NCBI GenBank assembly: GCA_964609855.1
Contig: CAZSTB010000002.1
Span: forward strand, 15,541 to 79,540
Source: an uncultured Bdellovibrionales bacterium
GTDB lineage: Bacteria > Patescibacteriota > Minisyncoccia > Moranbacterales > GWC2-37-73
DNA: 64,000 bases
Direction of reading: 5' to 3'
Positions 18,823 through 28,560 of the stretch are shown one piece after another. The number at the start of each line of letters is the position of its first letter. Position 1 is the stretch's first letter. A program made the translations under genes and the position numbers. The notes below the pieces were generated by a model that was given only the letters and a program-made list of their open reading frames with translations, ran no database searches and had not been told where the DNA came from.

Positions 18823-20076
18823 TTACACTATCGGGTATATCGGATATTTCTTGCAGAATTTCACAACCTCTTTTCTGATTTCAGCAAGCATTTTTTCATC
18901 AGCGTGCGCCAGAATGATTTCGTCAATCCAACCTGCAATCATTTTCACTTCAGCCTCTTTCATTCCCCTGCTTGTAATTGCTTGGACTCCAACTCTGATT
19001 CCGCTTGGATCCATTGGAGAGCGAGGGTCATCAGGAATCATATTCTTATTAACTGTAATTCCAGCTTCGTCTAGGGCATGCTCCGCTTCTTTTCCAGTCA
19101 CTCCTTTGCTTCCCATCACATCAATCAGCACCATGTGGTAGTCAGTTCCGCCGAACATTATTTTATAACCCCTCTTGTTCAATTCTTTTTCCAGCACTTT
19201 GGCATTTTTCACAACTTGTTTCGCGTAAGTTTTGAAAGCCGGTTTCAGCGCTTCTGCAAAAGCCACGGCCTTGGCTGCGATATTGTTCATGTGCGGTCCT
19301 CCTTGGAAACCAGGAAAGGCAGATTTATCAATCGCCTTGGCAAACTCAGTCTTACACATGATCATGCCTCCGCGCGGACCGCGCAAAGTTTTGTGCGTTG
19401 TGGTTGTGACGATATCAAAAAATGGAACCGGATTTTCAATTGCCTTTCCAGCAATGAGTCCTGCGATATGCGCAATGTCAAACATGGAGATAGCTCCCAC
19501 CTTTTTTGCGATGTCAGTAAATTTCTTGTAATCAATTTTCCTGGTATAAGCAGAAAATCCAGCAAGAAGAAGCTTGGGTTTGTGCTTCAATGCTAATTTC
19601 TCAAGTTCAACGTAATCAATCTCTCCATTAACTGCCGATTTGTATCCGATGAAATTATAGATCTGCGCAGAGAGTGTGAGAGGATGACCATGCGTCAAAT
19701 GTCCGCCATGAGAAAGATCCATTCCTAGGACCGTGTCTCCTGGTTTCAAAACTGCATTGTATGCAATCATGTTGGCTGGCGCTCCAGAATGAGGTTGGAC
19801 ATTCACATGATCGGCTCCGAATATTTTTTTAGCTCTCTCAATCGCCAAATTTTCAAGAGGATCAGTGAACATCTGCCCGCCGTAGTATCTTTTTCCGGGA
19901 TAGCCTTCGCTATATTTGTTAGTAAAAACACTGCCAAGCGCTTCAAGCACAGCCTTGGAAACATAGTTTTCACTGGCAATAAGCTCCATCCCCTCTTGCT
20001 GACGCTTTTCCTCTCCTGAAATAAGATCGTAAACTTTAGAGTCTTGTTTTCTTAGATTTTTCATGAAAATATTCAT
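18823..20076 (-). CDS. glyA: Serine hydroxymethyltransferase
   Basis: ELIASEN, NKYSEGYPGKRYYGG, TTTTHKTLRGPRGG. Confidence 0.98.
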   Translation of the reverse strand: MNIFMKNLRKQDSKVYDLISGEEKRQQEGMELIASENYVSKAVLEALGSVFTNKYSEGYPGKRYYGGQMFTDPLENLAIERAKKIFGADHVNVQPHSGAPANMIAYNAVLKPGDTVLGMDLSHGGHLTHGHPLTLSAQIYNFIGYKSAVNGEIDYVELEKLALKHKPKLLLAGFSAYTRKIDYKKFTDIAKKVGAISMFDIAHIAGLIAGKAIENPVPFFDIVTTTTHKTLRGPRGGMIMCKTEFAKAIDKSAFPGFQGGPHMNNIAAKAVAFAEALKPAFKTYAKQVVKNAKVLEKELNKRGYKIMFGGTDYHMVLIDVMGSKGVTGKEAEHALDEAGITVNKNMIPDDPRSPMDPSGIRVGVQAITSRGMKEAEVKMIAGWIDEIILAHADEKMLAEIRKEVVKFCKKYPIYPIV

Positions 20077-20089
20077 TATATGAAATTAA

Positions 20090-20398
20090 CTAAAATGTCC
20101 AACCGTTCATTGTTGCCATAATAAATAAAAAAGCCACAATTGAAATCACAACATCAAAAGCATCTAGAATGGTCTTATTGTATAATTCTTTTAAAAAAAT
20201 TAATATATACAAAATCGCAGCTAAAATTCCAGGTATCCATAGCAACGCAGCAAGAAGTTTGATATCTGGACAACGACTACTACCTATTAAAAAATCTGAA
20301 TAGCAACTGAATTTTTTCGAAATTAAAAGAAGAGAAATTTCAAGAATTATAAATACACCAAGAAACTTCAAATGTGAATTTGTTTTATAATTTATCAT
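20090..20398 (-). CDS. Small hypothetical membrane protein
   Basis: ORF with 3 hydrophobic segments filling the rmlD-glyA gap. Confidence 0.6.
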   Translation of the reverse strand: MINYKTNSHLKFLGVFIILEISLLLISKKFSCYSDFLIGSSRCPDIKLLAALLWIPGILAAILYILIFLKELYNKTILDAFDVVISIVAFLFIMATMNGWTF

Positions 20399-20404
20399 TT
20401 TTGT

Positions 20405-21331
20405 TTATTTTTTCAAATATTCCCGGAGTGCCAGCTTATAACTTCGCAGCGGATTTAATTTTGTGTTGATCAAGCTTGAAACGTAAGGTCGGGCTGCTGG
20501 ACGCGGAAATTCATCGCCAGAAACAGGAATCACTTTCGTCTTAAGCTTGGCCATCTTATACAATTCTACAACTGCTTCATACCAGGTGCAAGCATCAGCA
20601 TTTGAAACATGGAAAATTCCAAAAGGTTTTCCTGCCTCAACAATTTCCTTGGTTTTTTTAGCTAAATCAGGCGCATAAGTGAAACAGCTAGTTTCTTCAT
20701 CAACAGCTTTTACTTCGGCATTTTTCTTGCCAACCTCAAGCATTACATCAAAAAAACTCTTCTTGGCGGTTTTAGATTTTGCAGGTTTACCAAAAAGCTT
20801 AGAAAGACGAATTATGTAATATTTTTCTCCATTTTTCTGAACAGCCTCCTCGCCCATTAATTTTGTTTTTCCATAGTTTTGCACGGGTTCAGGAACAGCA
20901 TTTTCATCAAATCCGATCTGTGGCACAAACCCTTCATGCAGTGAGCATGACGAACATGATCCGGCACATCCTGTTGGCTCTGGGATTTCGGGCATTCCTG
21001 AAAAAACATAGTCGGTTGAATAATGAACAAATGTAGCATCAAGCTTTTTTGCTATTTTTGCCAAATATCCAGGAGCTTTTCCATTCAGCAATTTCGCTTT
21101 AGCAAATTCAGCTTTGTCCTTTTCGCAAAGATCCACCGCATTATATCCTGTAGAATTTATGATAATTTCGGGATTCAATTTTGTTATTTTCTCTTTCAAT
21201 TGAGCTTCATCTGTGACATCGATATTTTTTCGATCCCAAGCGGTAACCCTGTAATCCTTGTCATTTTTAAATATCTCAACTAATTCTTGTCCAAGCATGC
21301 CATGGGAACCTATAATCAATATTTTTTTCAT
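20405..21331 (-). CDS. rmlD: dTDP-4-dehydrorhamnose reductase with Cys-rich insert
   Basis: GSHGMLG, YNAVDLCE, HYSTDYVF, YGKTK, PAARP. Confidence 0.93.
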   Translation of the reverse strand: MKKILIIGSHGMLGQELVEIFKNDKDYRVTAWDRKNIDVTDEAQLKEKITKLNPEIIINSTGYNAVDLCEKDKAEFAKAKLLNGKAPGYLAKIAKKLDATFVHYSTDYVFSGMPEIPEPTGCAGSCSSCSLHEGFVPQIGFDENAVPEPVQNYGKTKLMGEEAVQKNGEKYYIIRLSKLFGKPAKSKTAKKSFFDVMLEVGKKNAEVKAVDEETSCFTYAPDLAKKTKEIVEAGKPFGIFHVSNADACTWYEAVVELYKMAKLKTKVIPVSGDEFPRPAARPYVSSLINTKLNPLRSYKLALREYLKK

Positions 21332-21341
21332 ATATAAAGTC

Positions 21342-21465
21342 CAATTAATTTTTAATTCTTAATTTTAAATTTTGAATCAATTTCTAATTTCTTAATGATT
21401 AAATATTTCAAACATTCAGGCATTATAATTTCATTCGAAATTTTAAATTCAAACTTATAATTTTC
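21342..21465. repeat. 7-nt periodic AT-rich repeat spacer
   Basis: taatttt taattct taatttt aaatttt gaatcaatttc taatttc ... gaaattt taaattc aaactta taatttt. Confidence 0.55.
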
Positions 21466-21533
21466 CTTTTAAGTCTGATAATTATCGCAGATATTGGCAA
21501 TTTTGTCCAATTGGCCACAGCATTTAGGGAAAA

Positions 21534-22238
21534 TTATATCTCCAGCATTTTTTCCAAATATGCCTTAACTTCTAATTGCCGCGCAAATGAATTTTCTAAT
21601 TCAAGACTAATATATTCTGGCAAATATTTTTTATATTGCCTCATATAGTCAAGCTCCTCCATGCTTTCAAGCAAATGACTGTCATATTGAAGACCATGTG
21701 GGCAAATCTTATCAATAAAGGCTTTTTCCTTTATTGGTGAAACATGACAACATCCGACTGGAAATTTTTTGAGTCGGAAAATTATGGTTTCATCATAGTC
21801 TTTACTTTGAAGCCTAGAATTATTTTCCCAATGACTGAAATCAAGACAAAAACCCGCATATTCCCCCAGTTCTTTTTCAGTTGGAATCATAATTAAGTTC
21901 TCCACATAAGTCTTCTGGGCATATTCAAGGAATTCTTCTGAAAAATCAAAGCGTGTTCCCATTGGATGGATATTAAAAACAACTGACCTGAACTTTTTTT
22001 CAAAATAATCAATTTCATCCATGGTCATATCGTTTCTCAAATGCACATGTGGAATTTCCAAACCTTCAATTTCTTCAAGCAATCTGTAAAGTTCTTTGCG
22101 ATCTTCAATTCCTAAGAACGTCGGGAAAAGTGCAATCCTTTTGATTCCGAATTTTTTCATTTCTTCCACTTTTCCCCGCCAATTGGAAGCCGGGGTGGTA
22201 GTAAGACCCAATAAGATTTCATGTTTTTTATTATCCAT
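21534..22238 (-). CDS. Hypothetical protein, possible TIM-barrel metalloenzyme
   Basis: PHVHLR, NIHP, YVEN, CLDFSH, CHVS, SLELEN pattern reminiscent of the xylose-isomerase/AP-endonuclease-2 fold. Confidence 0.6.
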   Translation of the reverse strand: MDNKKHEILLGLTTTPASNWRGKVEEMKKFGIKRIALFPTFLGIEDRKELYRLLEEIEGLEIPHVHLRNDMTMDEIDYFEKKFRSVVFNIHPMGTRFDFSEEFLEYAQKTYVENLIMIPTEKELGEYAGFCLDFSHWENNSRLQSKDYDETIIFRLKKFPVGCCHVSPIKEKAFIDKICPHGLQYDSHLLESMEELDYMRQYKKYLPEYISLELENSFARQLEVKAYLEKMLEI

Positions 22239-22240
22239 AT

Positions 22241-22675
22241 CTATTTAAACAAAGAAAATTTTCCAGTTATTTCTTTTAATTCTTCTGTGGTGCCAAATAA
22301 AACAATGCCATAAAAATCCAATTCTTCTGCGGCTAAGTTTGCTGTCGCATTTATTTGCTCTTGCGATGTGCCAAGAGTCATGGTGCTAGTAAAATCAGTG
22401 AATGGAATTTTTCTTAAAATTGCCTGTTCTCTAACCGTTTTTATTTTGTTTGAATTATCAGCACGAAGAACAATGAAAGGAAAATGAGAAATATCAGGAT
22501 GAATGCCATTGCCCTTATCTCTATATTCAAGTAGACACATATCATTCTTGCTTAATTGCCCACCAGCAAGACCCACACTCATGTGCCCAAGAGCATTCAT
22601 CAGTTGTCCAATTGCTATTTTCTTGTTCAAAATAGCAACGAATCTTTTACTGTTTTCATCTGGTAAAATATGCAT
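22241..22675 (-). CDS. DUF2000-like protein
   Basis: GQLMNALGHMSVGL, YRDKGNGIHPDIS..PFIVL, GIVLFG....KEITGKFSL. Confidence 0.7.
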   Translation of the reverse strand: MHILPDENSKRFVAILNKKIAIGQLMNALGHMSVGLAGGQLSKNDMCLLEYRDKGNGIHPDISHFPFIVLRADNSNKIKTVREQAILRKIPFTDFTSTMTLGTSQEQINATANLAAEELDFYGIVLFGTTEELKEITGKFSLFK

Positions 22676-22856
22676 CGTTATTACTATTTATTATTTAAAT
22701 CATGGATCCCCTCCGCGCAGGTATAGCAAGTCAGGGATGATAATTTTTTATTTTGAAAATTTAATCATTGGAAATTGAGATTTGAAAATTCTATGTTTAA
22801 TATATATTTTTCATTTTTTGCAAATACTATCATGCTCGATAGTGTGATAGTGTTTA

Positions 22857-23861
22857 CTATTTTTTATACTGTTTTTGGTAGTATTCTTGATACTCCCCGC
22901 TCTTCACTGCTTTCCACCAAGCCTCATTTTCAACAAACCATTGGACGGTTCTTTTGATGCCTTCTTCGAACGTTATCTGAGGCTCCCAGCCTAGCTCATT
23001 CTTGATTTTATCAAAATTGATAGCATAGCGTTTATCATGACCCTTTCGGTCTTCAACATATTCAATCCAACTCTCATCGCGACAAAGAAGCCCTAGAATT
23101 GTTTTTACAATTTCAATACCCGGCTTTTCACCATTTCCTCCCACACAATATGTTTCTCCAATTTTCCCCTTATGAATAATTGTGTCAATTGCCCGACAGT
23201 GATCTTCAACATGAAGCCAATCCCTAATGGCAGACCCGTCTCCATAAACCGGAATCTTCTTTCCTTCCATTAAATTCGTGATAGCTAGCGGAATCAGTTT
23301 TTCCGGAAAATGATATGGTCCATAGTTGTTTGAACAATTTGAAATGGTCACAGGTAGTCCATGAGTGTGGAAGTAGGCCCTCACCAAGTGATCTGAACCG
23401 GCCTTAGAGGCGCTATATGGCGATCTGGGATCATACGGCGTAGTCTCATTGAAAGGCTCGTCTTGAGGCGCTAGAGAACCAAAAACCTCATCTGTAGAGA
23501 CGTGGTGGAAGCGTTTATTTCCTGCCTTCTTGGCCGCTTCGAGCAAGGTGTGCGTTCCCATCACATTTGTGCGCACAAAGGCCGCTGAGTCCAAAATAGA
23601 GCGGTCTACGTGCGATTCAGCGGCAAAATGAACGACCACGTCAGATTCTGCCACCAATCCATCCACCAACTGGGCATCGCAAATATCCCCTTTCACAAAT
23701 TTGTGTCGAGGATTGCTTTCCAATTCCTTCAAATTCTCAAGATTTCCCGCATAAGTCAGCGCATCCAAATTGATGACCTCATAATTAGGATAAGTTTTCA
23801 AAATGTGATGAACAAAATTGCTGCCGATAAATCCAGCTCCACCGGTTATTAATAGCTTCAT
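22857..23861 (-). CDS. rmlB: dTDP-glucose 4,6-dehydratase
   Basis: ITGGAGFIGSNF, DALTYAGN, HFAAESHVDRSI, STDEVFG, YSASK. Confidence 0.97.
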   Translation of the reverse strand: MKLLITGGAGFIGSNFVHHILKTYPNYEVINLDALTYAGNLENLKELESNPRHKFVKGDICDAQLVDGLVAESDVVVHFAAESHVDRSILDSAAFVRTNVMGTHTLLEAAKKAGNKRFHHVSTDEVFGSLAPQDEPFNETTPYDPRSPYSASKAGSDHLVRAYFHTHGLPVTISNCSNNYGPYHFPEKLIPLAITNLMEGKKIPVYGDGSAIRDWLHVEDHCRAIDTIIHKGKIGETYCVGGNGEKPGIEIVKTILGLLCRDESWIEYVEDRKGHDKRYAINFDKIKNELGWEPQITFEEGIKRTVQWFVENEAWWKAVKSGEYQEYYQKQYKK

Positions 23862-23981
23862 AATTTTCAATTTTCAATGTTCAATTTTCAATGAATTTTC
23901 AATGTTCAATTAATAAATGTTTGAAAATTTAAAATTGCTCATTGATTGTAAATTGTGAATTGATAATTGAAAATTTTTAAT
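23862..23981. repeat. 7-nt tandem repeat with inverted second half
   Basis: (TTTTCAA/TGTTCAA)n followed by TTGAAAA/TTGTAAA/TTGTGAA/TTGATAA/TTGAAAA. Confidence 0.8.
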
Positions 23982-24530
23982 TTAAAATGGTGACTTAAAA
24001 TCTCTAAATAATTGCGCTTTCGCATCTTTTTCTGAAAGAATCGGGTTTTCAACTGGCCAATTTATGTTAAGCGTCTGGTCGTTCCAGCTGATAGCATCTT
24101 CAGTCTCCGGCGCATAATAATTGTCGCATTTGTATTGAAATTCCGTGTTATCTTCAAGAGTTACAAATCCATGAGCGAATCCTCTTGGCACAAATAACAT
24201 CTGAAAATTTTCACTAGATAATGTAAAGCCTTCCCATTTTCCATATGTAGGAGAATCTTTACGAATATCAACAATTACATCAAATACCGAACCCTTTGTC
24301 ACACGCACGAGTTTTGCCTGCGTGAATGGAGCTTTTTGAAAATGCAATCCCCGTAGCACACCTTTCTTGGTAGACATGGAATGATTATCCTGCACCCACT
24401 CCTGACAAATTATACCACCATCTGCTAATTTCTTTTTAGAATAAGTCTCCGTAAAGAAGCCTCTTTCATCTCGAAAAACTTTAGGGGTCAGCAAATATGC
24501 ACCCAATAGTCCTGTTTCTTTTATTTCCAT
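23982..24530 (-). CDS. rmlC: dTDP-4-dehydrorhamnose 3,5-epimerase
   Basis: FRDERGFF, QDNHS, GVLRGLHFQ, VPRGFAHGF, YKCDNYY. Confidence 0.97.
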   Translation of the reverse strand: MEIKETGLLGAYLLTPKVFRDERGFFTETYSKKKLADGGIICQEWVQDNHSMSTKKGVLRGLHFQKAPFTQAKLVRVTKGSVFDVIVDIRKDSPTYGKWEGFTLSSENFQMLFVPRGFAHGFVTLEDNTEFQYKCDNYYAPETEDAISWNDQTLNINWPVENPILSEKDAKAQLFRDFKSPF

Positions 24531-24585
24531 AATGAAGTTCTATTAAAATTCTAAGCTATTTCATGATAACTCATTTTAAAAAAAA

Positions 24586-24617
24586 GAAAAAGGGATAGAC
24601 ATCAGCGTCTATCCCTT
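24586..24617 (-). terminator. Intrinsic terminator
   Basis: AAGGGATAGAC ATCAGC GTCTATCCCTT with an A-run to the left (U-tract on minus). Confidence 0.8.
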
Positions 24618-24642
24618 GAGCTGCGCCGAGTTTCAGCGCTAG

Positions 24643-24819
24643 CTATTCATCATTGTTCCAACCCTCGCTATGATATCGCTGCCGCACAAAGAGTGACATC
24701 ATATCATCTTGTGGCTGGTGCCTTTGTGAAATGTCCGCTGGTGATTCGGACTTGATTACATCGAGAATCAAAATGATGAGCACTAGCAGATAATAGATAA
24801 GATCGCTTTTCTCAATCAT
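24643..24819 (-). CDS. Small 58-aa protein with N-terminal hydrophobic helix (not in ORF track)
   Basis: MIEKSDLIYYLLVLIILILDVIKSESPADISQRHQPQDDMMSLFVRQRYHSEGWNNDE*; AGGAGG SD, upstream TATAAT, downstream terminator. Confidence 0.65.
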   Translation of the reverse strand: MIEKSDLIYYLLVLIILILDVIKSESPADISQRHQPQDDMMSLFVRQRYHSEGWNNDE

Positions 24820-24930
24820 GGAAACCTCCTGGAATCATTTCAAAAGACAACAAAATTGTTAGCTGCGCCCGCTACGCAAAAAACATTTATATTATAGAAG
24901 AATTTCAAGCAACCGCCAAGTCTCCACCGA

Positions 24931-26310
24931 TTACTTGTTTAAGAAATCGCTCATAACCAAATCCTGATTCAAAAGCGTTGAAAAATCGTTTCGGCTACCA
25001 TCAGCATTTATTACATGCACAGCAATCGGCACATCATTTAAACCTGCTTGTTTTTGGATCTTAAAGTCGTATTCGGAATTTTTAATATTTCTAGGTAAAG
25101 TGTAATTTATTTCAACAGTCTTACTGGAATTTATTGGAACTTTCACGATTGAACTGAAAGACTTTTTACCAAATTCGTTTGCAAACTTTGCGCCGTCAAA
25201 ATTCTTGGAATCCTTAAGCCAACTTCCCTCTGGCACGTAGACGCGAAGATAGGTCAGATAATCTCTGGTCATCCAATCTTTTTGGCGCGCCGTGTGATTG
25301 TAGGTTATTTTTAAATTAGCAGTCGGAATTTCTTTGGAATAATCAGCATTGTATTCAATTGAACGGTTAACGTAATAGTCGCTTTTAAAAGCTCCGAGAT
25401 TTGCATCCACAGTCATTAGGTAATCATTACTCCACTGGCTATCAACTTGTCCTGCCCACCCGGATTTTTGAACAATATTTTGCAAATATTCATCATTGAA
25501 ATATAGTTGAATATCTTTTTTATTCAAATCTTGTAAAGTTATTTCTGCTAATTTTATTTTTTCAGACGAGGAAAGCGCAAAAATTCTTTCCTGAATTACT
25601 CTCGCCAAATCAGCCATAATGGATTTTCTTTCCCCTCTGTCTATACCCTGATCTTCGAAAGCTTTTTCAACTTGATATTCCAAGGCAATAACCGCATTTT
25701 CACTGTCGTAAGTTCCGGGATATCCTTCAACTGTGACCGGTCCGGTAATTTCCAGCATTGAAGAAAGCACGTTTGTAGTTACCCCGATTACACCGTCAAA
25801 GCGCTCTTGACCATCGCCCATGTAATAAAATTCTTCAGCTTTTTTTGCATTTACCGCGAAATCAGGAGAAAAGTTTGAATCTCTTAATTTCCAGGATTTT
25901 ATTCCCAAGGTTTCTTTCATGGGGTATGGTGGAGTAACTGTGTCAGGAATTCTGGCATCAAAATTTGAAAGATCATGCGTCTGCGAAAGTGTGATTTTTC
26001 CGTCTTTCATTTTCACGATACCAAAAGCCCCGATAAATCCGCCGCCGGGACGAATTTCCATATTGTTTTGAAAAAGCACTAAAAAGGTTCTTTCAACTCC
26101 ATCTTCTTTCATGAAATAATCAGCCAATGTAGCGACTGCTCCGAATTCTTTTTTCTGCTGCTCATTAAATGGCAAAAAATTTACCGCATTACTTACAGCA
26201 TTTCCAATTCCGACTTTTTTCGTCTCCAAAAATAAATACCAACCGGTCAAAAGAATTGCGGAAACAGTCCAAAATGTAATCCAGAATTTTATAGAATATT
26301 TTTTAGCCAT
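24931..26310 (-). CDS. DUF4012-family membrane-anchored protein
   Basis: LVLFQNNMEIRPGGGFIG, RDSNFSPDF, DANLGAFKSD, YLRVYVPEGS, IQKQAG. Confidence 0.82.
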   Translation of the reverse strand: MAKKYSIKFWITFWTVSAILLTGWYLFLETKKVGIGNAVSNAVNFLPFNEQQKKEFGAVATLADYFMKEDGVERTFLVLFQNNMEIRPGGGFIGAFGIVKMKDGKITLSQTHDLSNFDARIPDTVTPPYPMKETLGIKSWKLRDSNFSPDFAVNAKKAEEFYYMGDGQERFDGVIGVTTNVLSSMLEITGPVTVEGYPGTYDSENAVIALEYQVEKAFEDQGIDRGERKSIMADLARVIQERIFALSSSEKIKLAEITLQDLNKKDIQLYFNDEYLQNIVQKSGWAGQVDSQWSNDYLMTVDANLGAFKSDYYVNRSIEYNADYSKEIPTANLKITYNHTARQKDWMTRDYLTYLRVYVPEGSWLKDSKNFDGAKFANEFGKKSFSSIVKVPINSSKTVEINYTLPRNIKNSEYDFKIQKQAGLNDVPIAVHVINADGSRNDFSTLLNQDLVMSDFLNK

Positions 26311-26346
26311 ATTTTTGCTTGTCGTCTTTTAAAAAGTTGTTGCGCG

Positions 26347-27387
26347 CTAGTCACCTTTGAGTAATTGATTAAGTCTTCTCTTAAGTTCTTCCGGCGTGGG
26401 TTCCCTATTTTCATCTTCTTCTGTAATCTGCTCTGTCTCCAGCTCTTCTTTCTTGGATTTTTCTTCCGGTGCAGCTTGAAATGCATAAGCATCTTCATCT
26501 TGAATCGGTAGATTTGCGGGAGCCTCGGCGGTGACCCTGTGAGCCTTGGGCATTTCAGGAAAATTAGGATAGGTATATTCTGGCATCTCAAATAATTCCT
26601 CCTTGGGTTTTACTTTTTCATTTTCCTCTCGTTCAAGATGCTGCGATGGTTTTTCTATTTCACTTTCAGAATACAACGCAGCTTTTTCTTCCTGGGAATA
26701 CAAATCCTCCAGACCTTTAATTTTTTTTTCTTTCCTGACTGAAAACAAATTGCCTAAATCAATTTTTGGTTTCTTGGCAAAACTGGAAAAAAGCAACTGA
26801 ATCGATTTATCCAAAAGAAATGCCAAACCAAAACCAAGTATTGCGCTTATAATGAAAAACCAAAACCATCCGGCCATAACAGCTGAAGAATTTGGCCCCT
26901 CAATGATGCGCAAGTCTAAATCATGCTTGATGTCATAGTAATTCGCCATAACCCCAAAAAGTGTTTGGGAGGTTTTTTGCGAAAGAAGTTCAGAATCAAT
27001 TCTATTTTCGGCTTTAACTGAAAGCTCCATAACAGTTCCACCCTCAGTGTCCCTTGTTTCAATACTCAGGAATTTATTCCAGTTGGCTTTTCGCTCGTCT
27101 GGTGATGCTGTCTGCGTAACATCCTTAATTGAGGGATTTTCTGCAAGCAGCCTATCATAAAAATTCAATGTTCCTGCTACATATTCCATATTGGAAATTA
27201 TCGCCTCTTTTTGCGAAACTGCTAATTGGGATTTTGGAATAACAAGAATAGACACCGTTGAATTATAAAGTTTGGTGTTTTCCAAAAATAATAAGAAGAA
27301 AGTTATCGTCAAAACAAAACCAGCTGCTATGATTCGCAGCGGTAAATGCTTAGAAGAGTATTTTTTTTTAAGATCCAAAAAATTCAT
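26347..27387 (-). CDS. Wzz/CapA-like polysaccharide co-polymerase with acidic cytoplasmic tail
   Basis: Two TM flanking an extracellular domain (YNSTVSILV...LRIIEGP); tail ends EPTPEELKRRLNQLLKG. Confidence 0.65.
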   Translation of the reverse strand: MNFLDLKKKYSSKHLPLRIIAAGFVLTITFFLLFLENTKLYNSTVSILVIPKSQLAVSQKEAIISNMEYVAGTLNFYDRLLAENPSIKDVTQTASPDERKANWNKFLSIETRDTEGGTVMELSVKAENRIDSELLSQKTSQTLFGVMANYYDIKHDLDLRIIEGPNSSAVMAGWFWFFIISAILGFGLAFLLDKSIQLLFSSFAKKPKIDLGNLFSVRKEKKIKGLEDLYSQEEKAALYSESEIEKPSQHLEREENEKVKPKEELFEMPEYTYPNFPEMPKAHRVTAEAPANLPIQDEDAYAFQAAPEEKSKKEELETEQITEEDENREPTPEELKRRLNQLLKGD

Positions 27388-27392
27388 ATTTA

Positions 27393-28523
27393 TTATTTTG
27401 ATTTGATAATTTCAGCGTAGACATTGATAGTTTTTTGAACGATGGAGTCCCAGCTGTACATGTTATAAATTTTTTCTTTTGCCATTTTACCGAATTTGCC
27501 GACCACATCGCTCCTACTTAAAAGATACGCGAGTTTGTCTCGTAAATCAACAACGGATTTGGATTTGAATGAAAATCCATCATCTTCCACAACCTCCATG
27601 TTTTCTTTAATATCGCTAACTAGCGGAGTAAGACCGTAACCCATCGCCTCCAGGAGTGCAATAGACATTCCCTCACTCTCAGAAGGCTGCACGAACAAAT
27701 ATGCATGAGAAAATAATTGCTCAAGCGTTTCACCAGTCTGCATACCGGTGAAAATTATGTTTTCACGGCCCTCACTGATCGTGTGCAGATAGCGAACGTA
27801 ATCTTGCGTATGAAATCCATCGCCAACGATCACTAACTTGAAATTATTAGGAACTTGTGAAGTATCCTCAAGTTGCTTGAATGCCTCAATCAAATAATGA
27901 ACTCCTTTGTGCTTGATAAGACGTCCGACAGAAAGAATATACTTCTTATCCTTGAGGTTCCATTTCGATATCGCATCGATTTGCTGCGAATAACTGATAT
28001 CAGCGCCATTAGGAATAACAGTAACTTGAGAATTATATTTCTCTTTGGCGAGAATTTTTAATGATTCACTCACGGCAATAGTCTCATCCGGCACAGTGCA
28101 AGTAATGAATTCTCCCAAGCGCAATCCAAGCCTAGCAAATGCGCCCCATTTCTGATGGTAATAATCCTGACAATGAAAAGTCGCGATTATCGGAGTCTTC
28201 CAAGTGAACATTTTAGGAATCCAGCTGAGAAGTGAAGGACCGATGCCATGAAAATGAATGATATCGTATCCGCAGAAAAGTGAATGTATTGCTGCAAGAA
28301 AAGTATGTGAAATTGCATCCAGATGTTTCGTTCCGATACTTGGAAGATGAATCAGCTGCACACCCTTGTAAGTTTTAAGTTCCTTTTCCGTATAATTGTT
28401 GCGAACATAGACAAAAACCGAATGACCGCTATTAGCCATGCGAACCGCCACTTCCTCGACATGCTTTTCGATGCCGCCGGCAAGTGCTGGTATTCCTTTT
28501 TGTCCTATGAAAGCAATCTTCAT
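27393..28523 (-). CDS. GT4 glycosyltransferase
   Basis: MKIAFIGQKGIPALAGGIE, VGRL, EGMSIALLEAM. Confidence 0.92.
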   Translation of the reverse strand: MKIAFIGQKGIPALAGGIEKHVEEVAVRMANSGHSVFVYVRNNYTEKELKTYKGVQLIHLPSIGTKHLDAISHTFLAAIHSLFCGYDIIHFHGIGPSLLSWIPKMFTWKTPIIATFHCQDYYHQKWGAFARLGLRLGEFITCTVPDETIAVSESLKILAKEKYNSQVTVIPNGADISYSQQIDAISKWNLKDKKYILSVGRLIKHKGVHYLIEAFKQLEDTSQVPNNFKLVIVGDGFHTQDYVRYLHTISEGRENIIFTGMQTGETLEQLFSHAYLFVQPSESEGMSIALLEAMGYGLTPLVSDIKENMEVVEDDGFSFKSKSVVDLRDKLAYLLSRSDVVGKFGKMAKEKIYNMYSWDSIVQKTINVYAEIIKSK

Positions 28524-28560
28524 ATGCCTAGAAACTCAAATTATATCTTAATCGGCTGGT

